Source: Candidatus Zambryskiibacteriota bacterium
Lineage (GTDB): Bacteria > Patescibacteriota > Minisyncoccia > Phycocordibacterales > WO2-35-19
NCBI GenBank assembly: GCA_003233455.1
Contig: QILQ01000048.1
Coordinates: 1 to 44,152, forward strand
Length of the DNA: 44,152 nucleotides
Reading direction: 5' to 3'
A model generated the notes under the pieces. That model was given only the letters and a program-made list of their open reading frames with translations, was not told the DNA's origin and did no database searches. How positions within the stretch are numbered: the first letter of the stretch is position 1; every line of letters starts with the position of its first letter. Of the stretch, positions 1 through 9,130 are shown piece after piece. The position numbers were made by a program, and so were the translations under genes.

Positions 1-778
1 TTATATGATTATTTAAAGATTTATAAGATTTAAATTTATTTACATTATTCGCAATTTTATTTATTTGATATACGACCGGTTTATTTATAATAGGAGAAAA
101 TAATACACGTCCTTGTTTAATTTGTCTATGAATCCATACTCTTACAGTTTTGATTGATGTTGTTGAAGAGGTTGGCGATGTTGAAATTAAATTTCCTTTT
201 AAAGAAACATCATCAAGCCAAACTTTATCATTACTAGAATCAAAATTACCAACAAATTTTATAGCAAAATTTGAATCATTATTTATTTCAGATGGAAAAT
301 TCGTATAATCAAAATTATGCCATTTATTATCGTCTTTAGTATTATCAATTTGAGCGGGAGTGATTTCGGTCCAAGCAGCACCATTTATAGTGTAAAAAAG
401 TTTAACTTTATCATCGTTTCTAATATCAAGACTATATGCTTTATACCAAAAACTCAAATCAATATTTTCGTATCCAACCGTTGAAATATTTTTAGATAAA
501 GTCTGACTATTTTCCCCTCCAACCAAACGAGCCGATCTACTACCGGTATGCGCGGAATAACCGGAATTCCAACCATCCCCCATCCAATTGCTCAAATAGG
601 CGGGTGCTTCAAAACTATCGCCAAAAATTTCTACAGAAGTCTTTGCGGATACAGATAAACTAATCGCAAGCTGTATAAAAAAAATAAAAAACAAAAATAC
701 TAAAAAAGTTTTAGAGAAAACAGTTTTGGAATATAAATTTTTTATATTATCCGAATTATTTATTTTATTTTTTTTCAT
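1..778 (-). CDS. Partial (runs off window) exported protein with beta-sandwich/carbohydrate-binding-like domain
   Basis: Open frame from ATG at 778 to the window edge, missing from the ORF track. Basic N-terminus, hydrophobic signal segment (FLVFLFFIFFIQLAISLSVSA), then DSFE...LSFWY...VWLDDVSL and an S/T-rich linker. Confidence 0.7.
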   Translation of the reverse strand, partial: MKKNKINNSDNIKNLYSKTVFSKTFLVFLFFIFFIQLAISLSVSAKTSVEIFGDSFEAPAYLSNWMGDGWNSGYSAHTGSRSARLVGGENSQTLSKNISTVGYENIDLSFWYKAYSLDIRNDDKVKLFYTINGAAWTEITPAQIDNTKDDNKWHNFDYTNFPSEINNDSNFAIKFVGNFDSSNDKVWLDDVSLKGNLISTSPTSSTTSIKTVRVWIHRQIKQGRVLFSPIINKPVVYQINKIANNVNKFKSYKSLNNHI

Positions 779-790
779 ACAAAAATTGTA

Positions 791-1141
791 TCATATTTTT
801 GTTAAATTATTTTCAGAATTTTTATGGTTGTATTTTTCAAAAATTTCTTTTTTAACAAAATTAAACGCTTCTTCAATATTAACATCAAGTTGATTTGCAA
901 GACGACAGGTTCCAAAAAACAAATCACCTATACCATCAACAAAAATTTCTTTATTTTCTTCAACAAATTTTTTGCGTTCTTCCTCAGATTTATATCGTAA
1001 ATGTTGAGACATTTCAATAAGTTCTTCATGTAAATGATCAAACTTATCAACATTTGGAACATCTTTCCAATTATTACGCTCAGCAAAAAATTTGAGTAAT
1101 TTTTGAGCATCTTTCATTGTTGTGATTTGTTTTTCTTCCAT
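791..1141 (-). CDS. MazG-like nucleotide pyrophosphohydrolase (all-alpha NTPase)
   Basis: R-N-N-W, LHEELIE and DGIGD motifs in a 116-aa helical protein. Confidence 0.8.
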   Translation of the reverse strand: MEEKQITTMKDAQKLLKFFAERNNWKDVPNVDKFDHLHEELIEMSQHLRYKSEEERKKFVEENKEIFVDGIGDLFFGTCRLANQLDVNIEEAFNFVKKEIFEKYNHKNSENNLTKI

Positions 1142-1346
1142 AATTTTATTAGTTAATTATTTATAATATTTACAATTAAATTGTATCATAAATTATGTTC
1201 AACCTGAAATAAATTGCTAAAATATTTTAAGAATGATTTTTTAAAATTGCGTATAATGTCAGGAATATGCGAAATTAAAATCTAAAACGCAAATTTCTTA
1301 AACCTTATATACTTTGTTATTGGATGTAATTTTAAAATCTTGTTTT

Positions 1347-1751
1347 TCACAGCAGAGCGAAAAGTTTCTTAATGCTATTATGCCCAACCTCGTAATCATC
1401 ACCAAGAAATTCATCTTTTGTTACCCAGCGATACTCCGTAATATTCTCGTCAGCAGGATTTTTTGATAAATTAATATTATAATTATCAGCGGTACACAAA
1501 AATGTAGTACAAACAACCTGATCTTTATCTTGCCTAAAAAACCAAAAAAATCCGATGGGCTTTATAATATTGACAGAAAGATGAATTTCTTCCTTAACCT
1601 CACGCACTAATGTATCATATGGTGATTCGCCATAATCAACTTTACCACCCGGCAAATCCCAAACTATTTTGTTCAGTAATTCTTGTTTAATTATAAGAAA
1701 CTTTTCGCCTCGTTGGATTATTGCTTTAACTGCTGGATATACTTTGTTCAT
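1347..1751 (-). CDS. NUDIX hydrolase
   Basis: Nudix box GGKVDYGESPYDTLVREVKEEIH. Confidence 0.92.
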   Translation of the reverse strand: MNKVYPAVKAIIQRGEKFLIIKQELLNKIVWDLPGGKVDYGESPYDTLVREVKEEIHLSVNIIKPIGFFWFFRQDKDQVVCTTFLCTADNYNINLSKNPADENITEYRWVTKDEFLGDDYEVGHNSIKKLFALL

Positions 1752-1860
1752 ATTTTTGTAAAAGATTTTAAAATTATTTCTTATAACTCTTTTTTATCTA
1801 TACCTTATGACTAGATTATAACAATATCTTGTGTGCTATACAAATTTTTGATATATAAGC

Positions 1861-1936
1861 TGGTGCGCGGTAGAGGACTTGAACCTCTGACATCGTCAAC
1901 GTCAATGACGCGCTCTACCAACTGAGCTAACCGCGC
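1861..1936 (-). tRNA. tRNA-Val(GAC)
   Basis: Cloverleaf with anticodon arm CGTCA-TTGACGT-TGACG, GGTTCAAGTCC T-arm and encoded CCA. Confidence 0.97.
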
Positions 1937-1980
1937 TTTATTTTAAATTATTAAACAACTATTTGATTTATTTCCACAAA

Positions 1981-4377
1981 TTAAGAATGGTGCATTAATT
2001 TTATTTGTAAATCTTTCATCAACTCGGTAATTTGCATCCAAAGGAAAGTCCAAAGCCATACGAATGCCGCTGTTTTTAAAGATATGCCCGCTGGCATTAA
2101 GAATCCGGTTATGGCCAATATAGTCGCGATAATTTGAGTAGTGGTGGTAGCTATAATTACCGCCCTGCTTGGCAAAAATTTAAACCATCGTTCTTTGGTA
2201 TGAGCCACATAAATCAACATATGTCCAGATATGGTAAGCTTGAGGAAAAACATAGTTTGGATAATAGGCAAAGACAAATGCAGGAAGTTTTTCATCAATA
2301 AAAAGAATATAATACTGTTTAATATTCCAACAGAACCAAACAACAAACTTATGCCAAGCCTTCTTTTAGCTTTTATTTCCAAAGGTTTGGTAGAAATTTT
2401 TACTCTATCAACAGCTAAAGAAATAATCGGAATATCATTTAAAAAAGCTAAAAGAATAATCTGGATAGGCACTAATGGATAAGAACCGTACCACAAACCA
2501 AGCACTAAAATAGTAATAACTAATCTGAAACTTTCTGAAATTCTATAAACCGAATAATTGTAAAGTCGGATAAATATTTTCCGCGATTCCAAAATAGCGT
2601 CTTTTATAACGGAAATACCTTGACCAAGAAGGACAATATCAGCCATACTTTTTAAAGCGCTAACAGCGCCAGCGACAGCGATGCCAACATTGGCGATTTT
2701 AAGAGCCGGCAAATCATTGATACCATCGCCGGTTACAGCCACCACATAATTAGCTTTAAAAGTTTTGACAATTTCATATTTATCTTTAGGTAAAATTTCC
2801 GCAAAAGTGGCAATATCATTAAACCTGCTTTTTATAGCCTCTTTATTTTCAAAAAACTTTTTGGTTTCTTCCGCGGAAAGCACTTCGCCCGAAAGCGCTA
2901 CTTCTCTAGATATTCTTTCAGCAATTATTTTATTATCACCAGTAAGAATCTTCACATTAATTCCATTTTCTTGCATAAAATGTATCGTTTCTTTTGAACT
3001 TTCATCAAGTGGGTCAGTTAATAAAATTAAACCAACCATATCCATATCTTTCTCTTCATCATTATCTTTTTTTATAGCAACAGCTAAAACTCTAAATCCT
3101 TGAGAAGCTGCTTCATTGATATCTTTTTCAAATTGAGCTGCTTTTTCTTCAGAGTTGAATTTATTAAAGGTTCGTATTATTTGAGGAGCGCCCAAACTCA
3201 CTAACATTTTTTCTTGACCTTTTTGGATAAAAGCGGTGGATCTTTTTCTGTCTGAATCATAAGGAGTGAGATTTAAAATTTCCACTCTAGCTGAAAGGTT
3301 ACTATTTTTTTTAAATCTTTCAGTAATCGCCAGATCAATGGTATCTGGAGTATTTGAAGAAGCGGCGTAACTTGCCAATTCAATAATATCGTCGGCTTTT
3401 AAATTATCTTGATACGAAATAATATTAGTAACACTAATTTTATTTTTGGTTAAAGTTCCGGTCTTGTCGGTTAAAAGCAGATTAACATTGGCTAAGTCTT
3501 GCAAAGCGGAAAGCCTTCTGACTATCACCATTTTTTTAGCAAGTCCCGCGGCACCAATGCTGAGAATAATGGCCATCACTGCCGGTAGAGCAATTGGAAC
3601 TCCAGCAATTATAAGACTTAAATCAAGAGTCAAAAGTTCTTCAATTGAAAATCCCTTAAGAAAGAGAACAGTCGTTAAAATCAAAACTGACACAATGCTT
3701 ATAATCATCAAAAACCGAGTAATGCTCAAAATATCTTTTTCTAAAATACTTTTTTCGGTCGGTTGCTCTATTGAAAAAATTGTTTTGCCGAAATTGGTAT
3801 TTTTGCCAGTCGCGCTAATTTCAGCTTCAACATTACCGGTAGTGATAAACGAGCCTGAATAAATTTTATCCCCTACTTTTTTATCTTTTGGCATTGATTC
3901 GCCAGTCAACACCGCTTCATTTATTGATAAATTTTTTGAATCTATAACAGTGGCATCAGCCGGAATAATACTTCCTAAACCTAATCTGATATTATCACCC
4001 AGCACCAATTGTTTGGTATTGATAAAAATCCACTTTCCATCTCGTAAGGTTTGAACATTAAATGAGAGTTTATTTTGAAGTTCTTTAATGGCTTTATCCG
4101 CTTTGAATTCTTGCCATTTTTGAATTGAATAATTAACGAAATAAAGCGCTAAAATAAAATAAAAATCAAAAACCCTACCATTCAAAAGCGACAAAATCGC
4201 CGCACCCAAAAGCATAAGCGAGATAGGAGAATAAAGCGGTGCCAAAAGTTTTTTGATAAGTCCACTTTTTTGCTCAACAACATCATTCAAGCCATATTTT
4301 TTTAATCTTTTTTCAGCCTCAGTTGTTGATAATCCCGACTGGTTTTGATTTGTTATTTTTGTTAATGCTTCAACCAT
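1981..4377 (-). CDS. P-type ATPase, P3A (plasma-membrane H+-ATPase-like)
   Basis: TGES, DKTGTLT, TGDGINDLPAL; TM4 IAGVPIALP lacks the PEGL motif; TM6 LAFLNDIP retains the P3A proton-site Asp. Confidence 0.88.
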   Translation of the reverse strand: MVEALTKITNQNQSGLSTTEAEKRLKKYGLNDVVEQKSGLIKKLLAPLYSPISLMLLGAAILSLLNGRVFDFYFILALYFVNYSIQKWQEFKADKAIKELQNKLSFNVQTLRDGKWIFINTKQLVLGDNIRLGLGSIIPADATVIDSKNLSINEAVLTGESMPKDKKVGDKIYSGSFITTGNVEAEISATGKNTNFGKTIFSIEQPTEKSILEKDILSITRFLMIISIVSVLILTTVLFLKGFSIEELLTLDLSLIIAGVPIALPAVMAIILSIGAAGLAKKMVIVRRLSALQDLANVNLLLTDKTGTLTKNKISVTNIISYQDNLKADDIIELASYAASSNTPDTIDLAITERFKKNSNLSARVEILNLTPYDSDRKRSTAFIQKGQEKMLVSLGAPQIIRTFNKFNSEEKAAQFEKDINEAASQGFRVLAVAIKKDNDEEKDMDMVGLILLTDPLDESSKETIHFMQENGINVKILTGDNKIIAERISREVALSGEVLSAEETKKFFENKEAIKSRFNDIATFAEILPKDKYEIVKTFKANYVVAVTGDGINDLPALKIANVGIAVAGAVSALKSMADIVLLGQGISVIKDAILESRKIFIRLYNYSVYRISESFRLVITILVLGLWYGSYPLVPIQIILLAFLNDIPIISLAVDRVKISTKPLEIKAKRRLGISLLFGSVGILNSIIFFLLMKNFLHLSLPIIQTMFFLKLTISGHMLIYVAHTKERWFKFLPSRAVIIATTTTQIIATILAITGFLMPAGISLKTAAFVWLWTFLWMQITELMKDLQIKLMHHS

Positions 4378-4538
4378 AAAGTTACTTTTATAATATCACT
4401 CGCTATTTCATCAAGCAATGTCCATATCCCCATCCCCTCCATTTTTAGCCCAATGTTGGATATTGGGCTAGGGAATTAAGGTACCGCCAATTTACCATTT
4501 CGGCATTTTTAGCCGAAAAAGACAAAATCGCAAATTTG

Positions 4539-4623
4539 CGGAGGAGACAGGATTTGAACCTGCGGTGAGTTGCCCCACACTCGCTTTCCAAGCGAGCACC
4601 TTAAACCGCTCAGCCACTCCTCC
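4539..4623 (-). tRNA. tRNA-Ser(GGA)
   Basis: Anticodon arm CTCGC-TTGGAAA-GCGAG, long variable arm, GGTTCAAATCC; CCA not encoded. Confidence 0.96.
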
Positions 4624-4678
4624 ATAAACACTAAACAATCTAACATTTATCAGTAGTTTTGAAAAATAGATATTAAAT

Positions 4679-7378
4679 TTAAACCGCTATTTTCAATTTT
4701 ACCGCTTTTGATTTTTTCCACCTGACAAATATTTTACGAGCTTCTTCGGCAAATATTATAAGCAATGCCACTGGTGCGATAGCCAACCAATCAGAAACTC
4801 CCAAAGGAACAGTTTGCAAAAGATTTTGCATTACGGGTGCGTAAATAGCCAAAAGCTGGAGCAAAATAACAATGACAGTAGAACCGACTAAATATTTATT
4901 GGAAAAAGGATTGGCACCGAAAATTGATTTATCTTCCGACCGACAATTCCAAACATTAAACCATTGAAACATCGCTAAAACGGTGAGCGACATTGTCCAA
5001 GCTTTAGCCAGATTAGCTTCATAATAGTTGCTAAATAAATACAAAGCACCAACAGCCATTACTAAAGACATAAGCAACATTCTTTTTGTCATCAATTTAT
5101 CAATCAAATATTTTTTAGGTTTTTCAAATTTACCGTTAAGTAAATGTTTTTCTTTAGGTTCCATCGCTAAAGAAACATCAAGAAAACCGTCGGTAACAAA
5201 GTTTAGCCAAATAATCTGAGCCGGCAGGATTGGCAGAGGAAAACCCAAAACCATCGCTCCTATAATAACAAAAACTTCACCCATACTGGTGGAAGAAAGA
5301 TATAAGATAACTTTTTTAATGGTCTTATAAATACTGCGACCTTCTTCAATAGCGGAAACAATACTCTCTAAATTATCATCTAAAAGAATAATATCGGCCG
5401 CCTCCTTCGCCACTTCGGTGCCAATATTGCCCATAGCCACTCCTAAATCGGCAGCCACCAAAGAAGGAGCGTCATTTACTCCATCGCCGGTCATAGCCAC
5501 TATTTCACCGCGTGCTCTGTAAGCGTCAATAATTCTCATTTTATGTTCAGGGTTTACTCGGGCAAAAACAGAAACCGTATTTAACTTTTTAGAAAGTTCT
5601 ATATCAGAGAATTCATCAATCTCATTTCCAGTGAGTATTTCATCATTTTTACGCCAAATACCGACTTCCTCGGCAATAGTTTGAGCTGTTATTTTATGGT
5701 CGCCGGTTATCATCACTATTCTGACTCCGGCAGACATAGCTTTTTTTATAGCCAAAGCCGCTTCGGGTCTGGTAGTATCTTTCATTCCTAAAAAACCGAC
5801 AAAAGTAAGATTTTTTATTTTTTTTAAATCAAGAGTTTTGCCAGCATCCATATCAACAGCCAAAGCCACCACTCGCAACCCTTTTCGCGACATTTGATAA
5901 AAAACAGATTTAAAGTTTTCTCTATCAGTGGTAGCAAGTTTTTTATGTTTGCCATCAGACTGAAATGTTTCTGATAATTTCAAAATAATTTCCGGAGCAC
6001 CAACCACAGTCAAAAGATTTTTTTGGTCAATTTGGTGGAGGACAGCGTGATATTTTATTTTGTAATCAAAAGGGATTTCTCCAATAATGGGAGATTCTCT
6101 TTCAAGTTCTTCTTTATGAAAACCGAGTTTTTGAGAGAAAACCAACATAGCCGCTTCAGTTGGATCTCCGGCAACTTGCCAATGCTTGCTTTTTTCTAAA
6201 TATGTAACCCGAGCGGAAGCACAAAAGGCGGTTATCTTGCCGGCAAATAAAAGTTCCGGATGATTGGAAGCGTCAATAACTAAATCATTTAAACGAATAT
6301 CGCCTTTCGGCTCATAACCAACTCCACCAATATTAAACATTTTATTTGCTACATAAATTTTTTGCACTATGAGCTCGTTTTTAGTAATAGTGCCTGTTTT
6401 ATCAACTGCTATAATTTTGGCTTGCCCAAGAGCTTCAACAGCTTGCAATTTTTTTACCAACGCATTGCGTTTACTCATATTCCACACCCCCACCGCTAAA
6501 ATAAGAGTAACCACAATAGGCAATCCTTCCGGCACAATTGAGACTAATAAAGAAACAATAATGGCAAACATTTCTTTAATCGGCTGTCCAATCATCACCC
6601 CAAGTATAAAAACCAGTAGCGAAACAGCTGCCGCCACCGCAATAATTAAACGCGAAAGATAACGAATATTATTTTTAAGTGGTATTTCTGTATCAACAGT
6701 CGCCACTTTGCCAGCAATTGAACCCACAACTGTTTTTGAACCGGTAGCCACAACAATAGCCCGTCCATTACCAGCGACTATATTGGTTCCTTTATATACT
6801 ATATTTTTATATTGATTAATTTTATGACTAATAGCGATTTGAGGTTCGCTTATTTTATGTTTTGGTTCCGATTCCCCTGTTAAAGCGGCTTCATCCACTT
6901 TAAGATTATGAGATAAAATAACCCGTGCGTCGGCCGGAATTTTTTCTCCTTCTTGAAGAATTAGAATATCTCCGAGCGCAATTTCCGTATCCGGAATAAT
7001 AATTTCTTTATCCTCTCGTAGAACTGTCGCTTTGGTTTTAATAAATTTTTTAAGTGCCAATAAAGTATTTTGAGCTTTACCTTCCTGAATGGAACCAACC
7101 AAAGCGTTAAAAAGAAGAATAGCTAAAATAATTGAGCCGTCCACCACTTCGCCCATAATAAAAACCGCAACAGTGGCAGCTATTAAAATATAAATAAGCG
7201 GACTTTTAAATTGATTTAAAAAAATAGTAAAAAGACTATCTGTTTTTACTTCTGGCAATTTATTCAGTCCGTATTGTTTTAGTCTCAATACAGCTTCTTT
7301 ATCGCTTAAACCATGTTCGCTGGAATTTAACTCTTCAATGACAGCCACTTCGGATTTTGTATGCCAGAATTTATCCAT
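4679..7378 (-). CDS. P-type ATPase, P2A (Ca2+/cation-transporting)
   Basis: TGES, VPEGLP, DKTGT, GDPTE, TGDGVNDAP, WLNFVTDG motifs. Confidence 0.92.
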   Translation of the reverse strand: MDKFWHTKSEVAVIEELNSSEHGLSDKEAVLRLKQYGLNKLPEVKTDSLFTIFLNQFKSPLIYILIAATVAVFIMGEVVDGSIILAILLFNALVGSIQEGKAQNTLLALKKFIKTKATVLREDKEIIIPDTEIALGDILILQEGEKIPADARVILSHNLKVDEAALTGESEPKHKISEPQIAISHKINQYKNIVYKGTNIVAGNGRAIVVATGSKTVVGSIAGKVATVDTEIPLKNNIRYLSRLIIAVAAAVSLLVFILGVMIGQPIKEMFAIIVSLLVSIVPEGLPIVVTLILAVGVWNMSKRNALVKKLQAVEALGQAKIIAVDKTGTITKNELIVQKIYVANKMFNIGGVGYEPKGDIRLNDLVIDASNHPELLFAGKITAFCASARVTYLEKSKHWQVAGDPTEAAMLVFSQKLGFHKEELERESPIIGEIPFDYKIKYHAVLHQIDQKNLLTVVGAPEIILKLSETFQSDGKHKKLATTDRENFKSVFYQMSRKGLRVVALAVDMDAGKTLDLKKIKNLTFVGFLGMKDTTRPEAALAIKKAMSAGVRIVMITGDHKITAQTIAEEVGIWRKNDEILTGNEIDEFSDIELSKKLNTVSVFARVNPEHKMRIIDAYRARGEIVAMTGDGVNDAPSLVAADLGVAMGNIGTEVAKEAADIILLDDNLESIVSAIEEGRSIYKTIKKVILYLSSTSMGEVFVIIGAMVLGFPLPILPAQIIWLNFVTDGFLDVSLAMEPKEKHLLNGKFEKPKKYLIDKLMTKRMLLMSLVMAVGALYLFSNYYEANLAKAWTMSLTVLAMFQWFNVWNCRSEDKSIFGANPFSNKYLVGSTVIVILLQLLAIYAPVMQNLLQTVPLGVSDWLAIAPVALLIIFAEEARKIFVRWKKSKAVKLKIAV

Positions 7379-7389
7379 AATTTTTGAAA

Positions 7390-8043
7390 TTAATATAAAA
7401 AAGTAGTTACTTTATTACGACCATTATTTTTAGATTTATATAAAGCTCTGTCTGCCGCATCTAATAACGCTTCAAAATTTTTAAATTTTTGAGAAGCAGC
7501 CACTCCGGCACTAATTGTAACTTTAAGTTCGGAATATTTTTCAAATTGTATTTCACTTACTTTTTCTCTTATCCCCTCGGCTTTTTTTGTCGCTTCTTGT
7601 ATATTCATTTCTTCAAGAACCAAAACAATCTCTTCTCCTCCCCACCTAACAGCAATATCCGTATCTCTAACAGAATCTTGAATAGTCTGAGCTACAATTT
7701 TTAAAACTTTATCACCAACTAAATGTCCAAAAGAATCATTAACATTTTTAAATTTGTCTATATCAAAAAGAACGACACACACATTTCTATCATTTTCATC
7801 TGATTCTCGTTTTTTTTCCGACAAATTTTTTTTGAAAGAATTATGAAATAAATGTTGCATCTCTTCCTCAAAAAAAGCTCTGCTTTTAAGACCTGTTAAC
7901 TTATCATAAAAAGCGTTTTTGCTTAATTCTTCAATTTGTTGAAGCAATTCTTCATAAGCAATTCTTAATTTTTCATTTTCTTCCTCCAAAAGTTTTATCC
8001 TTTCTTCCGGTAGTAACATTGTTTCTTCCTTAAAATTTTCCAT
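7390..8043 (-). CDS. GGDEF-domain diguanylate cyclase with N-terminal coiled coil
   Basis: DKLTGL, DIDKFKNVNDSFGH, RDTD I-site, RWGGEEI active site, ADRALY. Confidence 0.92.
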   Translation of the reverse strand: MENFKEETMLLPEERIKLLEEENEKLRIAYEELLQQIEELSKNAFYDKLTGLKSRAFFEEEMQHLFHNSFKKNLSEKKRESDENDRNVCVVLFDIDKFKNVNDSFGHLVGDKVLKIVAQTIQDSVRDTDIAVRWGGEEIVLVLEEMNIQEATKKAEGIREKVSEIQFEKYSELKVTISAGVAASQKFKNFEALLDAADRALYKSKNNGRNKVTTFLY

Positions 8044-8064
8044 AATTTTAAAATTAAATATTAA

Positions 8065-8976
8065 CTAACTAACCATAGCACGCAAAGCCTTAACTCTTTC
8101 TTCTATTGGTGGGTGAGTTCTAAAAAGATTTGAAATTAAACTTTTTTTATTCTTAAAAGCTTGTCCATTAACAGGCAAAGGATTAGCGATAAAAAGATGG
8201 GCGGTGGCAGTGCTGGTTGTTTTCATTGGCATATTATAATTGGAAATTTTAAGGAGAGCATTAGCCAAACCCTCCGGATAACGAGTAAGAAGTGCTCCGG
8301 AAGCGTCGGCTAAAAACTCTCGACGGCGAGAAATAGCAAGCTTTATTAAAGTGGCGATAATTGGAGAAAGTATTATAAGAATAATGCCGATAATAGCTAA
8401 AAATCCGCCACCCCCTCTATCACTGTCTCGTCCCCCGCCAAAAATCATTCCCCTTAAAAATATATCAGAAATTATAGCCACAAAACCGACCAATACTACC
8501 ACCGCACTCATTAACAAAATATCTCGGTTGCCAATATGAGAAAGTTCATGAGCAATTACTCCTTCCAATTCCGGTCTTTCAAGTTTAGACAAAAGTCCAG
8601 TGGTAACCGCGACTACCGCATGTTTTTTATCGCGACCGGTGGCAAAAGCGTTTGGAGACGGATCATTAATAACATAAATTTTAGGCATTGGCAGACCGGC
8701 TGTAATAGCCAGATTTTCGGTTACTGTATAAAGGTCAAAAAATTCCTTTTTGTTGGCGGGACGGGCTTTGGAAATCTTAAGCACTATTTTATCAGAAAAC
8801 CAAAAACCGGCCACATTCATCAATAAACTAAAAATAATGGCGATATAAAGTATCGCTGAAGAATTATAATAGAGAGAAACAAGATAACCAAGTCCCACCA
8901 CTACCGCCAAAAATAATCCCATTAAAAGATATGTTTTGGCGACATTTGAACTTTGTTGGGTATAAACTGAAGCCAT
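8065..8976 (-). CDS. htpX: Zinc metalloprotease HtpX (M48)
   Basis: PNAFATG, HELSH, ISRRREFLAD, THPPIEER; multiple TM segments. Confidence 0.95.
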   Translation of the reverse strand: MASVYTQQSSNVAKTYLLMGLFLAVVVGLGYLVSLYYNSSAILYIAIIFSLLMNVAGFWFSDKIVLKISKARPANKKEFFDLYTVTENLAITAGLPMPKIYVINDPSPNAFATGRDKKHAVVAVTTGLLSKLERPELEGVIAHELSHIGNRDILLMSAVVVLVGFVAIISDIFLRGMIFGGGRDSDRGGGGFLAIIGIILIILSPIIATLIKLAISRRREFLADASGALLTRYPEGLANALLKISNYNMPMKTTSTATAHLFIANPLPVNGQAFKNKKSLISNLFRTHPPIEERVKALRAMVS

Positions 8977-9130
8977 ATTCGCATTATATCATACATATAA
9001 TAATCACAATATTTTTGTATTTCCTAAATGGACGATAGTTTGTTTAGGTAATAAAGTTATCCCCTTTTTACTCACATCTTTTTATTAGTTAAAATTTGGA
9101 GGAAAATAAATATTAGGATATTATTTAAGT

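Noticed and set aside
791-1751. Alternative genetic code (TGA = Gly, code 25)
   Set aside because: TGA terminates complete MazG, NUDIX, LOG, RsmH and IF2 genes, and long ORFs have no in-frame TGA.
4440-4540. Riboswitch upstream of the P3A ATPase
   Set aside because: The hairpins lie upstream of a plausible TTGCTT-17-TATTAT promoter close to the ATG, so they more likely belong to the tRNA-Ser trailer; no aptamer consensus recognised.
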